Shown here in pieces: positions 45,918 to 56,532 of a stretch of 64,000 bases of DNA. The stretch spans positions 94,302-158,301 of the forward strand of contig WJJJ01000007.1 of assembly GCA_014729775.1 (NCBI GenBank), read 5' to 3'. The notes under the pieces were generated by a model that had not been told where the DNA came from, searched no databases, and saw nothing but the letters and a program-made list of their open reading frames with translations. The position numbers and the translations under genes are program-made. The stretch comes from Candidatus Omnitrophota bacterium. Lineage in GTDB: Bacteria > Omnitrophota > Gorgyraeia > Duberdicusellales > 4484-171. The stretch's first letter is position 1. The number at the start of each line of letters is the position of its first letter.

Positions 45918-47114
45918 ATGAATAAAGGACTGGTGCAGAAGCAGTTGGCGGCTTTTCGCGAACACGCGGTAGAGGTGCTTCCCGAGGAAGCGCTTACCGA
46001 AAAAATCACAAAAGCCGTCCGGGAAGAGAAACCGCTGAAGCTCAAAATCGGCTTGGATCCTACCGCGAGCGATATTCATTTTGGTCATACCGTCGTCTTA
46101 AGAAAGCTCCGGAAATTGCAGGATTTCGGGCATCAGGTATACCTTATAATAGGGGATTTTACGGCGCGGGTCGGTGATCCTTCCGGCCGGACGCAGCTGC
46201 GGCCGGTATTAAGCGAGGAGGAAATACGCCGGAACGCCGAAACCTATACCAGCCAGGCGTTCAAAGTTCTTGACCGGAATCGTACCTGCGTGCGGTGGAA
46301 CAGCGAATGGTTTTCTTCGATGTTGCTGTCCGATTTTTTCCCTTTGCTGGGAGTGTCCACCGTGGCGAGGATGCTTGAACGCGATGATTTCGCTCAGCGG
46401 ATGGATCAAAAGAAACCGTTGTCGTTATCGGAGCTGGTATACCCTCTTATCCAGGGGTATGATTCCGTGAAAATCCAAGCCGACGTAGAATTCGGCGGGA
46501 CTGATCAGACCTTCAATCTGTTCATGGGAAGGCAGATGCAGGAATATTTCGGCCAGGTTCCTCAGGCCGTGATTACCATGCCGTTGCTCGTCGGGCTGGA
46601 CGGGAAAAATAAAATGTCGAAGTCGCTCGATAATTATATCGGGATTACTGAAGAGCCCGGCACCATGTTCGGAAAAACAATGAGCGTTTCCGATGAGGTG
46701 ATGGAGGAATACGCGCGTCTGTTGACCGATTTCCCGGAAGAGGAATTGAGATCAATGCATCCCAAAGAAGCAAAACTCGCACTTGCCGGGAAACTGGTGG
46801 CACAGTATCATTCGGACGCGGAGGCGGCTGCTGCGCGAAAGGAGTTTGAACGGGTATTCTCGGCACGCGGACTGCCGCAGGATATCCCGGTGTATGAGAG
46901 CGGAGCAAGGCGGGTGGATTTGATCGAAGCGTTGTCCCTCAGCGGGACCGTACCTTCCAAAAATGAAGCCCGGCGTCTATTTGCGCAGAAGAGTGTCTCT
47001 CTGCTGGCCGGCGACGCGGCGGTTACTTTGGAGGATCCGGTACAGGAGCTCCCGCCTGAAGGGGTTACCCTGAAAATTGGCAAAAAACGCTTCCTGCGGA
47101 TTGTCCCAAAATAA
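45918..47114 (+). CDS. tyrS: Tyrosine--tRNA ligase
   Basis: GLDPTA.DIHFGH (HIGH), YP..QGYD, GGTDQ, KMSKS and a C-terminal S4 domain with GKK. Confidence 0.96.
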   Translation: MNKGLVQKQLAAFREHAVEVLPEEALTEKITKAVREEKPLKLKIGLDPTASDIHFGHTVVLRKLRKLQDFGHQVYLIIGDFTARVGDPSGRTQLRPVLSEEEIRRNAETYTSQAFKVLDRNRTCVRWNSEWFSSMLLSDFFPLLGVSTVARMLERDDFAQRMDQKKPLSLSELVYPLIQGYDSVKIQADVEFGGTDQTFNLFMGRQMQEYFGQVPQAVITMPLLVGLDGKNKMSKSLDNYIGITEEPGTMFGKTMSVSDEVMEEYARLLTDFPEEELRSMHPKEAKLALAGKLVAQYHSDAEAAAARKEFERVFSARGLPQDIPVYESGARRVDLIEALSLSGTVPSKNEARRLFAQKSVSLLAGDAAVTLEDPVQELPPEGVTLKIGKKRFLRIVPK

Positions 47115-47118
47115 ATTC

Positions 47119-47146
47119 TTGAAATATAAATAAGGATTGATATAAT
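47119..47146 (+). promoter_or_regulatory. Putative sigma70 promoter of gap-pgk-tpiA-secG
   Basis: TTGAAA-16 nt-TATAAT with TG extension. Confidence 0.65.
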
Positions 47147-47238
47147 AAACGGCCAATAGGGGAGGTCTTCACGCGAACTCGCCGTATCAGGAACGTCTCA
47201 CACAAGGCGCAGGAAATACACACAAAAAGGGAGGAACA

Positions 47239-48240
47239 ATGGCAGTAAAAGTAGGAATTAACGGGTTTGGACGTATCGGAAGACTGGTGTTTCGGGCTGC
47301 GATGGAGCAGGGCATTTCTGATATCGAGATCGTTGCGGTCAACGATTTGACCGACTCGGCGACGCTGGCGCATCTTCTTAAATATGATTCGAATTTCGGT
47401 ATTTTTCCCTACGAGATCAAAGAGGAATCCGACGGATTTTCAGTCAACGGCAAAAAGATTAAAGTTTTGTCCGAGAAAAACCCGGCCGATCTTCCGTGGA
47501 AAGATCTCGGCGTGGAAGTAGTAGTGGAATCGACCGGACTCTTCCGCGACGCGGAAAAGGCCGGCGCGCATCTGAAGGGCGGCGCCCAGAAAGTGATCAT
47601 TTCCGCTCCGGCCAAAGGCGGGGTCCCCACCTTCGTGCTGGGAGTGAACGAAGACTCTTTTGACGCGTCCAAGGATACGATCGTGTCCAACGCTTCCTGT
47701 ACGACGAATTGTATCGCTCCCGTGGTGAAGGTGATTCAGGATACGCTGGGAGTCGAACGGGGATTAATGACGACCATACATTCCTACACGAACGATCAGA
47801 AAATATTGGATTTGCCGCATAAAGATCTGCGCCGCGCCCGCGCCGCCGCGATTTCCATGATTCCCACGACGACCGGAGCGGCGAAGGCGGTCGGGTTGGT
47901 CATGCCGGAACTGAAAGGGAAAATGGACGGCTTGGCGATTCGCGTGCCCACGCCTACGGTTTCTCTCGTTGACGTGGTACTGCAGGTGAAAAAGGAAGCA
48001 ACGAAGGACGAAGTCAATTCATTGCTGGAAGAGGCGGCAAACGGAAAGCTGAAGGGAATCCTGGGAGTGAGCCGGGAAGAACTGGTTTCGGTTGATTACA
48101 AGAAGAATCCCTTATCTTCGATCGTCGACGCCGGCCAGACGTTCAGTTCCGGGAGTATGGTAAAGATCCTTTCGTGGTACGATAACGAATGGGGCTATTC
48201 GTGCCGCATCCTGGATTTGATTAAGTACATGAATAAATAA
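47239..48240 (+). CDS. gap: Glyceraldehyde-3-phosphate dehydrogenase (type I)
   Basis: [19 protein letters not shown] and WYDNEWGYS. Confidence 0.98.
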   Translation: MAVKVGINGFGRIGRLVFRAAMEQGISDIEIVAVNDLTDSATLAHLLKYDSNFGIFPYEIKEESDGFSVNGKKIKVLSEKNPADLPWKDLGVEVVVESTGLFRDAEKAGAHLKGGAQKVIISAPAKGGVPTFVLGVNEDSFDASKDTIVSNASCTTNCIAPVVKVIQDTLGVERGLMTTIHSYTNDQKILDLPHKDLRRARAAAISMIPTTTGAAKAVGLVMPELKGKMDGLAIRVPTPTVSLVDVVLQVKKEATKDEVNSLLEEAANGKLKGILGVSREELVSVDYKKNPLSSIVDAGQTFSSGSMVKILSWYDNEWGYSCRILDLIKYMNK

Positions 48241-48258
48241 CGCCGATTCGGAGGACGT

Positions 48259-49440
48259 ATGAAAAAAAGAACACTCAAGGATATCGAGCTGAACGGGAAA
48301 CGGGTAATTGCGCGCGTTGATTTCAATGTGCCCTTACAGGAAGACGGATCGATCAGCGATGATGCCCGTATCCAGGCGGCGCTGCCGACTATTCGCTATA
48401 TTCTTGAGCAGAATCCGGCTAAGCTCATTTTAATGAGCCACCTGGGCCGGCCGAAAGGGAAAGCGGATGATTCTCTGCGGATGGATCCGGTTGCCCGGCG
48501 TCTTTCCGAACTTTTGGGAGAAAAAGTAGAAAAGACCGAGGATTGTGTCGGTCCCGAGGCGGAGAAAAAAATACGGGAAACAGGTGCGCGGGTCGTGGTG
48601 CTTGAGAATCTCCGGTTCCATCCGGAGGAAAAAGCGGGGGACAAGGAGTTCGCGCAGAAGCTGGCGTCCTACGCGGACGTCTACGTCAACGACGCATTCG
48701 GAACGGCGCACCGGGCCCACGCGTCCACCACGATCATTGCCCAGTACCTGCCTTCGTGTCTCGGGTTCCTGATGGAAAAGGAAGTAAAATTCCTTTCCTC
48801 CGCGCTCAATCCTCAAAAACCTTACGTGGTGATCCTCGGCGGAGCGAAAGTGTCGGACAAAATCGAAGTGATTTCTCAGCTTATGAAGAGCGCGGACACG
48901 ATTCTGATCGGCGGGGCGATGGCCTATACTTTTTTGAAAGCAAAAGGTGAATCCGTGGGCGCCTCGCGGGTGGAAAATGAAAAACTCGAGGTTGCGGCGC
49001 ATATCTTGCAGGAGGCCGGACAGAAGGGCGTGAAGATCGTGCTTCCGGTCGATCACCTGGTCGTGGAAAAGCTTGATGCGCCGGCAAGTGCCAAGACCGT
49101 TGAGAGCATTCCCGAACAGACAATGGGGGTGGATGTGGGCCCGAAGACGGTGGAGCTGTTTGAAGCCGAACTGAGAAATGCGAAAACAGTACTGTGGAAC
49201 GGGCCGTTAGGAATATTTGAAACTGCCGAATACGCCGCCGGAACGGAAAAAATTGCCGGATTCTTAGGGAAATTGAAAGAGGCGGTAGTGATCGTCGGCG
49301 GAGGAGATTCAGCCTCGGCGGCGAAACAGTTTCGGGTGGCTCACCAATTGAATCACGTGTCGACCGGCGGCGGGGCATCACTTGAATTCCTTGAGGGGAA
49401 AACGCTTCCCGGGATTGCCGCGGTCGCGGAAAAAGAATAA
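48259..49440 (+). CDS. pgk: Phosphoglycerate kinase
   Basis: RVDFNVP, SHLGRP, NDAFGTAHRAHAS and STGGGASLE. Confidence 0.98.
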   Translation: MKKRTLKDIELNGKRVIARVDFNVPLQEDGSISDDARIQAALPTIRYILEQNPAKLILMSHLGRPKGKADDSLRMDPVARRLSELLGEKVEKTEDCVGPEAEKKIRETGARVVVLENLRFHPEEKAGDKEFAQKLASYADVYVNDAFGTAHRAHASTTIIAQYLPSCLGFLMEKEVKFLSSALNPQKPYVVILGGAKVSDKIEVISQLMKSADTILIGGAMAYTFLKAKGESVGASRVENEKLEVAAHILQEAGQKGVKIVLPVDHLVVEKLDAPASAKTVESIPEQTMGVDVGPKTVELFEAELRNAKTVLWNGPLGIFETAEYAAGTEKIAGFLGKLKEAVVIVGGGDSASAAKQFRVAHQLNHVSTGGGASLEFLEGKTLPGIAAVAEKE

Positions 49441-49461
49441 CGCGAAAGGGAAGGGAATAAA

Positions 49462-50220
49462 ATGAGAAAACCGCTGATTGCAGGAAACTGGAAAATGCAT
49501 AAGATCGTATCGGAAGCGGTTGAATTAACGAAGAATATCGTTCAGGGGGTTGCGGATGTTTCCGCGGCGGATGTGCTGGTGTGTCCTCCGTTTACCGCGC
49601 TGGCCCCGGTATATAAAGAGCTTGAATCAAGTTCGGTGCAGCTGGGTGCGCAGAACGTGCACTGGGAAACACAAGGCGCATTTACCGGGGAAGTTTCTCC
49701 TCTTATGGTGAAAGATGCCGGGTGTGAGTATGTGATTGTCGGGCATTCCGAACGCAGACAGTACTTCGGGGAGACTGATCAGACGGTCAATAAAAGGCTT
49801 AATGCCGTGCTGGGCGTCGGACTCATTCCCGTGCTTTGTATCGGGGAGAGTTTGCAGGAACGCGAAGCGGAGCAAACCTCTACCGTGATTGAAAAACAGC
49901 TCCGGGACGGGTTGAACGGTATTTCGGAAGAGGACGCGCGGCAGATGGTCATTGCCTATGAGCCGGTGTGGGCGATCGGTACCGGGAAAACCGCGACGCC
50001 GGAGCAGGCCGGAGAAGTGCATCACGCGATACGCGCCTGGCTGAGCGAAGCGTATTCCCAGGAATGCGCGGCGGGCATCCGGATCCTTTACGGAGGCAGC
50101 GTCAAACCCGGGAATATCGGGGAGTTGATGACAAAAGAAGATATCGACGGTGCGCTTGTCGGCGGAGCTTCGCTGACCGCCGATTCGTTCGTGGGAATCG
50201 TAAAGAACGCGATACAATAG
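49462..50220 (+). CDS. tpiA: Triosephosphate isomerase
   Basis: AGNWKM, GHSERR, AYEPVWAIGTG, YGGSV and LVGGAS. Confidence 0.98.
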   Translation: MRKPLIAGNWKMHKIVSEAVELTKNIVQGVADVSAADVLVCPPFTALAPVYKELESSSVQLGAQNVHWETQGAFTGEVSPLMVKDAGCEYVIVGHSERRQYFGETDQTVNKRLNAVLGVGLIPVLCIGESLQEREAEQTSTVIEKQLRDGLNGISEEDARQMVIAYEPVWAIGTGKTATPEQAGEVHHAIRAWLSEAYSQECAAGIRILYGGSVKPGNIGELMTKEDIDGALVGGASLTADSFVGIVKNAIQ

Positions 50221-50222
50221 CC

Positions 50223-50621
50223 ATGTATACTTTTTTCTTTTTCCTTCACATTCTGGTAGTGATTTGCCTGTTGGCTGTGATTTTAGTTCAGCGCGGCCGA
50301 AGCGGCGGCCTGGTCGAGGCGCTTGGGGGCGTAGAATCGATATTCGGTACCAAGACCAGCAGTTTTTTCGTCAAGGCGACCGTGATTTTGGCAATTCTTT
50401 TTTTTGGAACCTCGATTACGCTGGCGTATCTTTCCAAAGAGCGGGGCCGGTCACTGATGAATCGGGTTCCGGCGTCGGTGTCTCCGGGCGAGAAAACCGG
50501 CCAAATTCCCGCAGCCGAAGAAGAAACTTTTCCTTCGACCACTTCCGGCACAGGCGCCCCAGAGGATACGGCAAATGAGGTCCGGCAACACCAGGAAAAT
50601 TCTGCATCCGAAGCTGAGTGA
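50223..50621 (+). CDS. secG: Preprotein translocase subunit SecG
   Basis: From ATG 50223: two TM helices flanking LVQRGRSGGL...GG..S.FG; follows tpiA. Confidence 0.9.
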   Translation: MYTFFFFLHILVVICLLAVILVQRGRSGGLVEALGGVESIFGTKTSSFFVKATVILAILFFGTSITLAYLSKERGRSLMNRVPASVSPGEKTGQIPAAEEETFPSTTSGTGAPEDTANEVRQHQENSASEAE

Positions 50622-50644
50622 ATTCCGGGACCGGTGAAATATTC

Positions 50645-50673
50645 TTGACATAATTTCTTCCCTATGTTAAATT
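50645..50673 (+). promoter_or_regulatory. Putative sigma70 promoter of the TPR gene, likely giving a leaderless transcript
   Basis: TTGACA-17 nt-TAAATT with TG extension; ATG 50682 lies 8 nt downstream and has no SD. Confidence 0.65.
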
Positions 50674-50681
50674 AAGAAAAA

Positions 50682-51515
50682 ATGAAAAGGTTTCTGGCAA
50701 TTCTTTTCTTCTCCGTTTTTCTTTCCTTACCCGCCGCGCACGGGCAGACCAGTGATGCGATGCAGGAACAGGCCCGTCAATACCGCGAGGCAGGATATCG
50801 TCATCAAAGCGCAGGGGACCTTCAGCGGGCGCTTCAGTACTATCAGAAAGCAGTGCAGATGGATCCCACCTACGCGGAAGTCGTGAATGATTTGGGCGTG
50901 GTCTATGAGGCGATGGGGGATCTGGGACGCGCGGAAGAATTATACAAAAAGACATTAACTATTGATTCTTCGTATTTACCCGCTTACACGAACTTGGCGT
51001 TTCTTTACGAGAAAAAGGGAGATGTGACCGAAGCGACGTACTATTGGAAAAAACGTTACGAACTGGGGAATAAAGGCGAATATTGGCGTGAGGTCGCCCG
51101 GCAGCATCTTCTCCGGCTCGGCACATATCCCCAGATCCGGCAGGAAATGCTCGAGAAAAAGGCGGCTCGTCTCTCGAAAGAGATGGTGTATCAGCGTGAA
51201 CAAAAACGCTTACAGAGGAACCAGGAAGCGAAATTACATTATGACATCGGCACCAATCTCGTGATCAACGGCGATTATTCGCAGGCGCTCAAAGAATTTC
51301 GAACCGCTCTCGCCACCAACCCTCCGGATAAGGAATTGATGGAAAAGATCACCGATGCTTATCAAAAAACGGAACGGATCTATATCCGGGAACAGGCGCT
51401 TCACGATACGGAGGAAGCGTTGAATTCGATAAAAGACGAAGATTTCCTTGCGGCAGGAGAAAAACTCAAGGATGCGCTTTCAGCCGTGTTCCGTATTGCC
51501 CGAGAAGAACAATAA
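50682..51515 (+). CDS. Exported tetratricopeptide-repeat protein
   Basis: Signal peptide (MKR-hydrophobic-AHG); TPR motifs G....A...YQKA...DP and NDLGVVY. Confidence 0.85.
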   Translation: MKRFLAILFFSVFLSLPAAHGQTSDAMQEQARQYREAGYRHQSAGDLQRALQYYQKAVQMDPTYAEVVNDLGVVYEAMGDLGRAEELYKKTLTIDSSYLPAYTNLAFLYEKKGDVTEATYYWKKRYELGNKGEYWREVARQHLLRLGTYPQIRQEMLEKKAARLSKEMVYQREQKRLQRNQEAKLHYDIGTNLVINGDYSQALKEFRTALATNPPDKELMEKITDAYQKTERIYIREQALHDTEEALNSIKDEDFLAAGEKLKDALSAVFRIAREEQ

Positions 51516-51650
51516 TATACCAGCCTTTTTCACTTTTAAATCAAATGGTTTTCTTTCTTCAGGCAGCGTAATGTAAAGGAGGCCCTTAACCGTAGCGGAT
51601 TCTTTCTCTTCTGCGCGACGTTCGCGTGTCCCTGAGTATTTCTGACCTCC

Positions 51651-54158
51651 ATGTCAAAACAAAAAACCATTTATCTCCTCGACGGGACTTCGTTATGTTA
51701 TCGTGCGTTTTACGCGCTCCGGCTTTCAAATTCAAGGGGGTTTCCCACCGGAGCCGTATACGGGATGTATCAAACGCTCAAAAAAATAATCGATAAATAT
51801 CATCCGGAGTATCTCGCGGTCTGCTTCGATGTGTCCCGCAAAACGTTCCGTACGGAAAGATACGAGCAGTATAAAATTCAGCGGCCTCCCTTGCCCGATG
51901 AATTCAAAATGCAGATTCCGATAATTAAAAAAATGATTTCACTGTTGGGTTTGCGGATCGTAGAGAGGGAAGGATTTGAGGCCGATGACGTGATCGCTTC
52001 TCTTGCCGAAACGGGCAGGGAGCAGGGAGGCAAGGTGGTAATCGTCAGTTCGGATAAGGACATGTACCAGCTTCTGGATAATGAAAAGGTCATTATTTAC
52101 TCGCATCAGAAGGATGAATTTATTTCCGAAGGTTCATTCAGAAAAAAATGGGGATTCGCACCGGTGCGGATGATCGACTATCTGTCACTGGTCGGTGACA
52201 GCTCCGATAACGTTCCCGGGGCGAAAGGGATCGGGAAAGTCGGTGCGAAAAAACTGCTGAAAGAGTATTCTACGATCGAGGATATTTTCGCCAGGATTGA
52301 TCAGGTGCCGGCGAGGACTCGGACCCTGCTGGAAGAGAGCAGGGACGATATTCTGCTCAGTAAAGAATTGATCACCCTTCAGCCGTGTGAAATGAAGCTT
52401 ACGCTTAAGGATCTGCGCGTACAGGATCCCGACGCGGAGGAATTGTTTCACTTGTTTCAGGAAATGGAGTTCAAAAAACTGCTTAAGGATCTGCCGCGGA
52501 CCGGGAAGGCTTTTGTACCGGAAGTGAAGTCGGGTGTTCCGGAAACGCTGTTTTCCCGCGTCGGGACCATTGCCTTGTATTTCACGCGGGAAAAAGGATT
52601 CGTGTACGATCCCGCGGATGAGTGCGTACGGGAAGATTCCCGTCTTTCCGTGGAGAAAGCGGTGCTGCGGACGCGGCGGGGAAGCCTCTCATCCTACGGG
52701 GTAAAAGAACAAATGAAATTCCTTGATGCTGCCTGCGCCGAGCGGGTGAGTTTCGACGTGAAGATCGCCGCCTATCTGCTTTCGCCCGAATCGGGCGGGT
52801 ACGACCTTTCAAGTCTCGCGGCGCGCTATCTTGAAATGCAGACGGGGGAACTGCCCCCGGCACACTATCCCTATTTTATCGGGCGGCTTACGTCTGTTTT
52901 TCAAGATGAACTGAAGAAACAGGGGCTAGATGAATTGTTTTCCGAAGTGGAAATGCCGCTGGTCGGCGTGCTCGCGCGCATGGAATCCCACGGGATTTCC
53001 GTCGATATTTCGATGCTGAAAAAACTTGAGACAAAGGTGAGTACGCGGGCACGGGTTCTGGAAGAAGAGATCTTCTCCGCCGCCGGACATGAATTTAATT
53101 TGAATTCTCCGGCTCAGGTGCAAAAAGTTTTTTTCGAAGAGCTGGGCATCCCTCCGGTCAAAAAGACAAAAACCGGGTATTCCACCAATGAGGAGGTCCT
53201 TACTAAACTCTCTCCGTCTTTTCCCATCGCGGAGTCCCTGCTGGAATTCCGCCAGTTGAATAAATTGCGTTCCGCGTATCTTCAGCCGTTAATCCGGCAG
53301 GTAAAAGAAGGGAAGGGGAAGCTGCACACGACTTTTCATCAGACTTCCACCCAGACCGGCAGGCTCTCCTCGGCGTCGCCGAACCTGCAGAATATACCTG
53401 TAAGGGGCGAGTTCTCCTTTCTCTTGAGAAAGGCTTTCGTCCCCTCGTTTCCTGAAGGCTATTTACTTTCCTGCGATTATTCGCAGATCGAACTCAGAAT
53501 TCTCGCCCATTTTTCGCAGGATCAGCGGCTGATGGATGCCTTTCGTACCGGTGCGGATATTCACCGGTATACGGCGTCGTTGCTGTTCGGGAAGCCGCAG
53601 GAAAAGGTTACCGCCCAACAGCGGGGAGTTGCCAAGCGGGTGAATTTCGGTATTCTTTACGGGATGAGTTCCTTCGGCCTCTCCCGGGAATTGAAGATCA
53701 GTCCTCAGGAGGCACAGCGGTTCATTGATGAGTATTTTGCCCGCTATCCCGGAGTGCAGGAGTTTATTGACCGTATTTACGCCGAAACGGAAACGCGGGG
53801 GTATGTGCGTACGCTGAGAGGGAGGAGACGCGCGCTGCCGGATATTACGCATCGCAATCCGCACGTACGGGATTTCGCCAGACGACAGGCAGTAAATACC
53901 CCGATTCAGGGCACCTCCGCGGATCTCATCAAATGTGCGATGGTGAATATCGACCGGCAGATGCGGCAGCGCCGGCTCACGGGAAAATTAGCGATTCAAA
54001 TACACGATGAATTGGTGTTTGATATTCCGAAGGAAGAACTTCGGGAAACTGCCCGGCTCGCGCGTACCTGCATGGAAGAAGGGCTGCAGTTACGGGTTCC
54101 GGTAGTCGCGAATGTGAAATACGGGCATAATTGGGCCGACATGGAAACACTGAAATGA
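51651..54158 (+). CDS. polA: DNA polymerase I (3'-5' exonuclease domain looks degenerate)
   Basis: LLDG..YRAF, EADD, GD.SDN.PG, TGRLSS..PNLQNIP, DYSQIELR, NFGILYG and QIHDEL. Confidence 0.97.
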   Translation: MSKQKTIYLLDGTSLCYRAFYALRLSNSRGFPTGAVYGMYQTLKKIIDKYHPEYLAVCFDVSRKTFRTERYEQYKIQRPPLPDEFKMQIPIIKKMISLLGLRIVEREGFEADDVIASLAETGREQGGKVVIVSSDKDMYQLLDNEKVIIYSHQKDEFISEGSFRKKWGFAPVRMIDYLSLVGDSSDNVPGAKGIGKVGAKKLLKEYSTIEDIFARIDQVPARTRTLLEESRDDILLSKELITLQPCEMKLTLKDLRVQDPDAEELFHLFQEMEFKKLLKDLPRTGKAFVPEVKSGVPETLFSRVGTIALYFTREKGFVYDPADECVREDSRLSVEKAVLRTRRGSLSSYGVKEQMKFLDAACAERVSFDVKIAAYLLSPESGGYDLSSLAARYLEMQTGELPPAHYPYFIGRLTSVFQDELKKQGLDELFSEVEMPLVGVLARMESHGISVDISMLKKLETKVSTRARVLEEEIFSAAGHEFNLNSPAQVQKVFFEELGIPPVKKTKTGYSTNEEVLTKLSPSFPIAESLLEFRQLNKLRSAYLQPLIRQVKEGKGKLHTTFHQTSTQTGRLSSASPNLQNIPVRGEFSFLLRKAFVPSFPEGYLLSCDYSQIELRILAHFSQDQRLMDAFRTGADIHRYTASLLFGKPQEKVTAQQRGVAKRVNFGILYGMSSFGLSRELKISPQEAQRFIDEYFARYPGVQEFIDRIYAETETRGYVRTLRGRRRALPDITHRNPHVRDFARRQAVNTPIQGTSADLIKCAMVNIDRQMRQRRLTGKLAIQIHDELVFDIPKEELRETARLARTCMEEGLQLRVPVVANVKYGHNWADMETLK

Positions 54159-54192
54159 GGACGCCGCTTCCATATGATGCCGGAGAAGGAGT

Positions 54193-54795
54193 GTGCGGGC
54201 GATGACGGTAGTCGGTCTTACCGGCAGTATGGCTTCCGGGAAAAGTAAGGTCGCGGCGCAGTGGGCGCGGCGGGGAGCCGCCGTGTTCGATGCCGATGAT
54301 TGCGTGCATCGGCTGTATGCCGCATCCGGAAGCGAAGTGATGAAACAAATTGCGCAAGTATTTCCGCAGGCCTGCCACAAGGCAATAATTGACCGGGATA
54401 TCCTGAGGAAACTGGTCTTTGACCGGCCGGAAAATATGAAAAAGCTGGAAGAAATCGTGCATCCGGCGGTGCGCGCGGAGTTATGCCTGTGGATACGGCA
54501 ACAGAGAGCGCAGGCGCGCACGGCGGTGGCTGAAGTCGCGTTGCTGTATGAAAAAGATTGGCAGGGGTTGTTCGATAAAGTCGTAGTGGTGTGCGCGGAT
54601 CGTCCGCGGCAGCTGGAGCGTATCCGGAATATGCTGAACTGTTCCCGGGAAGATGCCCGCCGCCGCTTAAGTTTTTTTCTGTCCGATGATGAGAAAAGGA
54701 CTCTTGCGGATTATGTGATCGAGAATGACGGAAATGAACAGGATTTGCTGCACAAAGCGGATACTGTATGGGAACAAATAAAAATCAATGCGTAA
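54193..54795 (+). CDS. coaE: Dephospho-CoA kinase
   Basis: GLTGSMASGKS, DAD, IDR, LE.IVHP, LLYE-like motif and ADYVIEN. Confidence 0.92.
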   Translation: MRAMTVVGLTGSMASGKSKVAAQWARRGAAVFDADDCVHRLYAASGSEVMKQIAQVFPQACHKAIIDRDILRKLVFDRPENMKKLEEIVHPAVRAELCLWIRQQRAQARTAVAEVALLYEKDWQGLFDKVVVVCADRPRQLERIRNMLNCSREDARRRLSFFLSDDEKRTLADYVIENDGNEQDLLHKADTVWEQIKINA

Positions 54796-54848
54796 GTGTT
54801 TCCTTCGGCGTGAGATCCGCGGGGACACGAATTTAAGGAGGAGCTCGT

Positions 54849-56114
54849 ATGAGTACAAGTATTGATCTTGCGAAGTTGAAAGGGATGAAGATCTCGGAAC
54901 TGGCGAAGATGGCGAAAGACCTGAAGGTGAACGGGATCAGCGGATTAAAAAAACAGGAGCTGATTTTTAAGGTTCTGCAGGCGCAGGTAGAAAAAGAGGG
55001 GCTTATGTTCGGCAGCGGTGTGCTGGAGGTCTTACCGGAAGGGTTCGGCTTTTTGCGCTCTACCAACTACAATTATCTGCCGTCGCCCGATGATATTTAC
55101 GTGTCGCCTTCGCAGATTAGAAAATTTTCATTGCGCACGGGTGACACGGTCAGCGGCCAGATACGTCCGCCGAAAGACAATGAAAAGTATTTCGCCCTGC
55201 TCAAAGTCGAGGCGGTAAATTTTGAGCATTCGGAAGAAGCGCGCAACCGTGTTCTTTTCGATAACCTTACGCCGATCTATCCCAAAGAACGGTTTATTCT
55301 GGAGACTACGCCGGAGGAGATGTCGAGTCGGATTCTCGACTTGCTTTGTCCCATCGGCAAAGGACAGCGGGGATTGATCGTTGCGCCGCCCTACAGCGGG
55401 AAAACCGTCCTTCTTCAGCGGGTGGCCAACGCCATTATGAAAAATTATCCGGATGTGATCCTCATGGTGTTATTGATTGACGAGCGGCCCGAAGAAGTGA
55501 CGGAAATGAAGGTGACCGTGAACGGAGAAGTGATGAGTTCGACCTTTGACGAGCCGGCTCAGCGCCATGTGCAGGTCGCCGAAATGGTGCTGGAAAAAGC
55601 CAAACGTCTGACCGAACATAAAAAGGATGTGGTCATTCTCCTTGACAGTATTACCCGTCTCGCCCGGGCCTACAATCTGGTCGAGCCTCATTCGGGCCGG
55701 ATTCTTTCCGGGGGAATTGATTCCAACGCCCTGCATAAGCCGAAAAGGTTTTTCGGCGCGGCCCGCGCCCTCGAAGAGGGCGGGTCTCTGACGATCCTTG
55801 CCACCGCCCTGATCGATACCGGATCGAGAATGGATGACGTGATTTTCGAGGAGTTTAAAGGGACCGGAAATATGGAAATTACCCTTGACAGAAGCATATT
55901 TCAGAGGAGAATATACCCTTCGATTGACATCAAAAGGTCGAACACCAGAAGGGAAGAATTGCTCATTCATCCCGATGAACTGCAGCGGATTTGGGTGCTC
56001 CGTAAAGCCCTGAATGAGCTGAACTCGACGGAGGCGCTGGAGTTGCTGATCGAAAAGCTGTCCAAAACCAAGAATAACGTGGAGTTTCTGCTTACGTTGA
56101 ACAAAAGCAAATAA
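54849..56114 (+). CDS. rho: Transcription termination factor Rho
   Basis: [40 protein letters not shown] and [10 protein letters not shown]. Confidence 0.98.
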   Translation: MSTSIDLAKLKGMKISELAKMAKDLKVNGISGLKKQELIFKVLQAQVEKEGLMFGSGVLEVLPEGFGFLRSTNYNYLPSPDDIYVSPSQIRKFSLRTGDTVSGQIRPPKDNEKYFALLKVEAVNFEHSEEARNRVLFDNLTPIYPKERFILETTPEEMSSRILDLLCPIGKGQRGLIVAPPYSGKTVLLQRVANAIMKNYPDVILMVLLIDERPEEVTEMKVTVNGEVMSSTFDEPAQRHVQVAEMVLEKAKRLTEHKKDVVILLDSITRLARAYNLVEPHSGRILSGGIDSNALHKPKRFFGAARALEEGGSLTILATALIDTGSRMDDVIFEEFKGTGNMEITLDRSIFQRRIYPSIDIKRSNTRREELLIHPDELQRIWVLRKALNELNSTEALELLIEKLSKTKNNVEFLLTLNKSK

Positions 56115-56166
56115 GCGGCAGTGCCCGGTGCCGATCAGGTACGCGGAAATAGAGGAGGTGAACGCA

Positions 56167-56370
56167 GTGAAAGAGAAAGGACATCCGAAATATGAACAGG
56201 CGACGATTGTATGTGCCTGCGGGAATTCAGTGCATACAAGATCGACGAAAAAATCCATTCACGTCGAGATATGTGCAAAATGCCATCCTTTTTTTACGGG
56301 AAAACAGAAATTTGTCGATACCGAAGGGCGTGTTGATAAATTCCTTAAGAAATACGGCAAGAAAAAATGA
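56167..56370 (+). CDS. rpmE: 50S ribosomal protein L31, zinc-binding type
   Basis: GTG start after SD GAGGAGG; [20 protein letters not shown] and GRV. Confidence 0.95.
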   Translation: MKEKGHPKYEQATIVCACGNSVHTRSTKKSIHVEICAKCHPFFTGKQKFVDTEGRVDKFLKKYGKKK

Positions 56371-56532
56371 GGTCATTTTTTGTCCCGTGCGAAGAAAATA
56401 CGGATCTGCACCGGGGGAGAATAACCGGAGAGACCCGGATGTCCGCGGGGGGAGTCTTCCGGAGATAATCCGGAGATGCGTTGCGGGCGAATTTCTGTGT
56501 AGAGTATGTTTCGCATCTTTGGAGTATGAAGG

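Noticed and set aside
49968-50222. Long N-terminal extension of SecG (also upstream extensions of dnaG, proA, nadD and rplU in the ORF track)
   Set aside because: Extensions overlap upstream genes or promoters; family homology begins at the downstream ATGs
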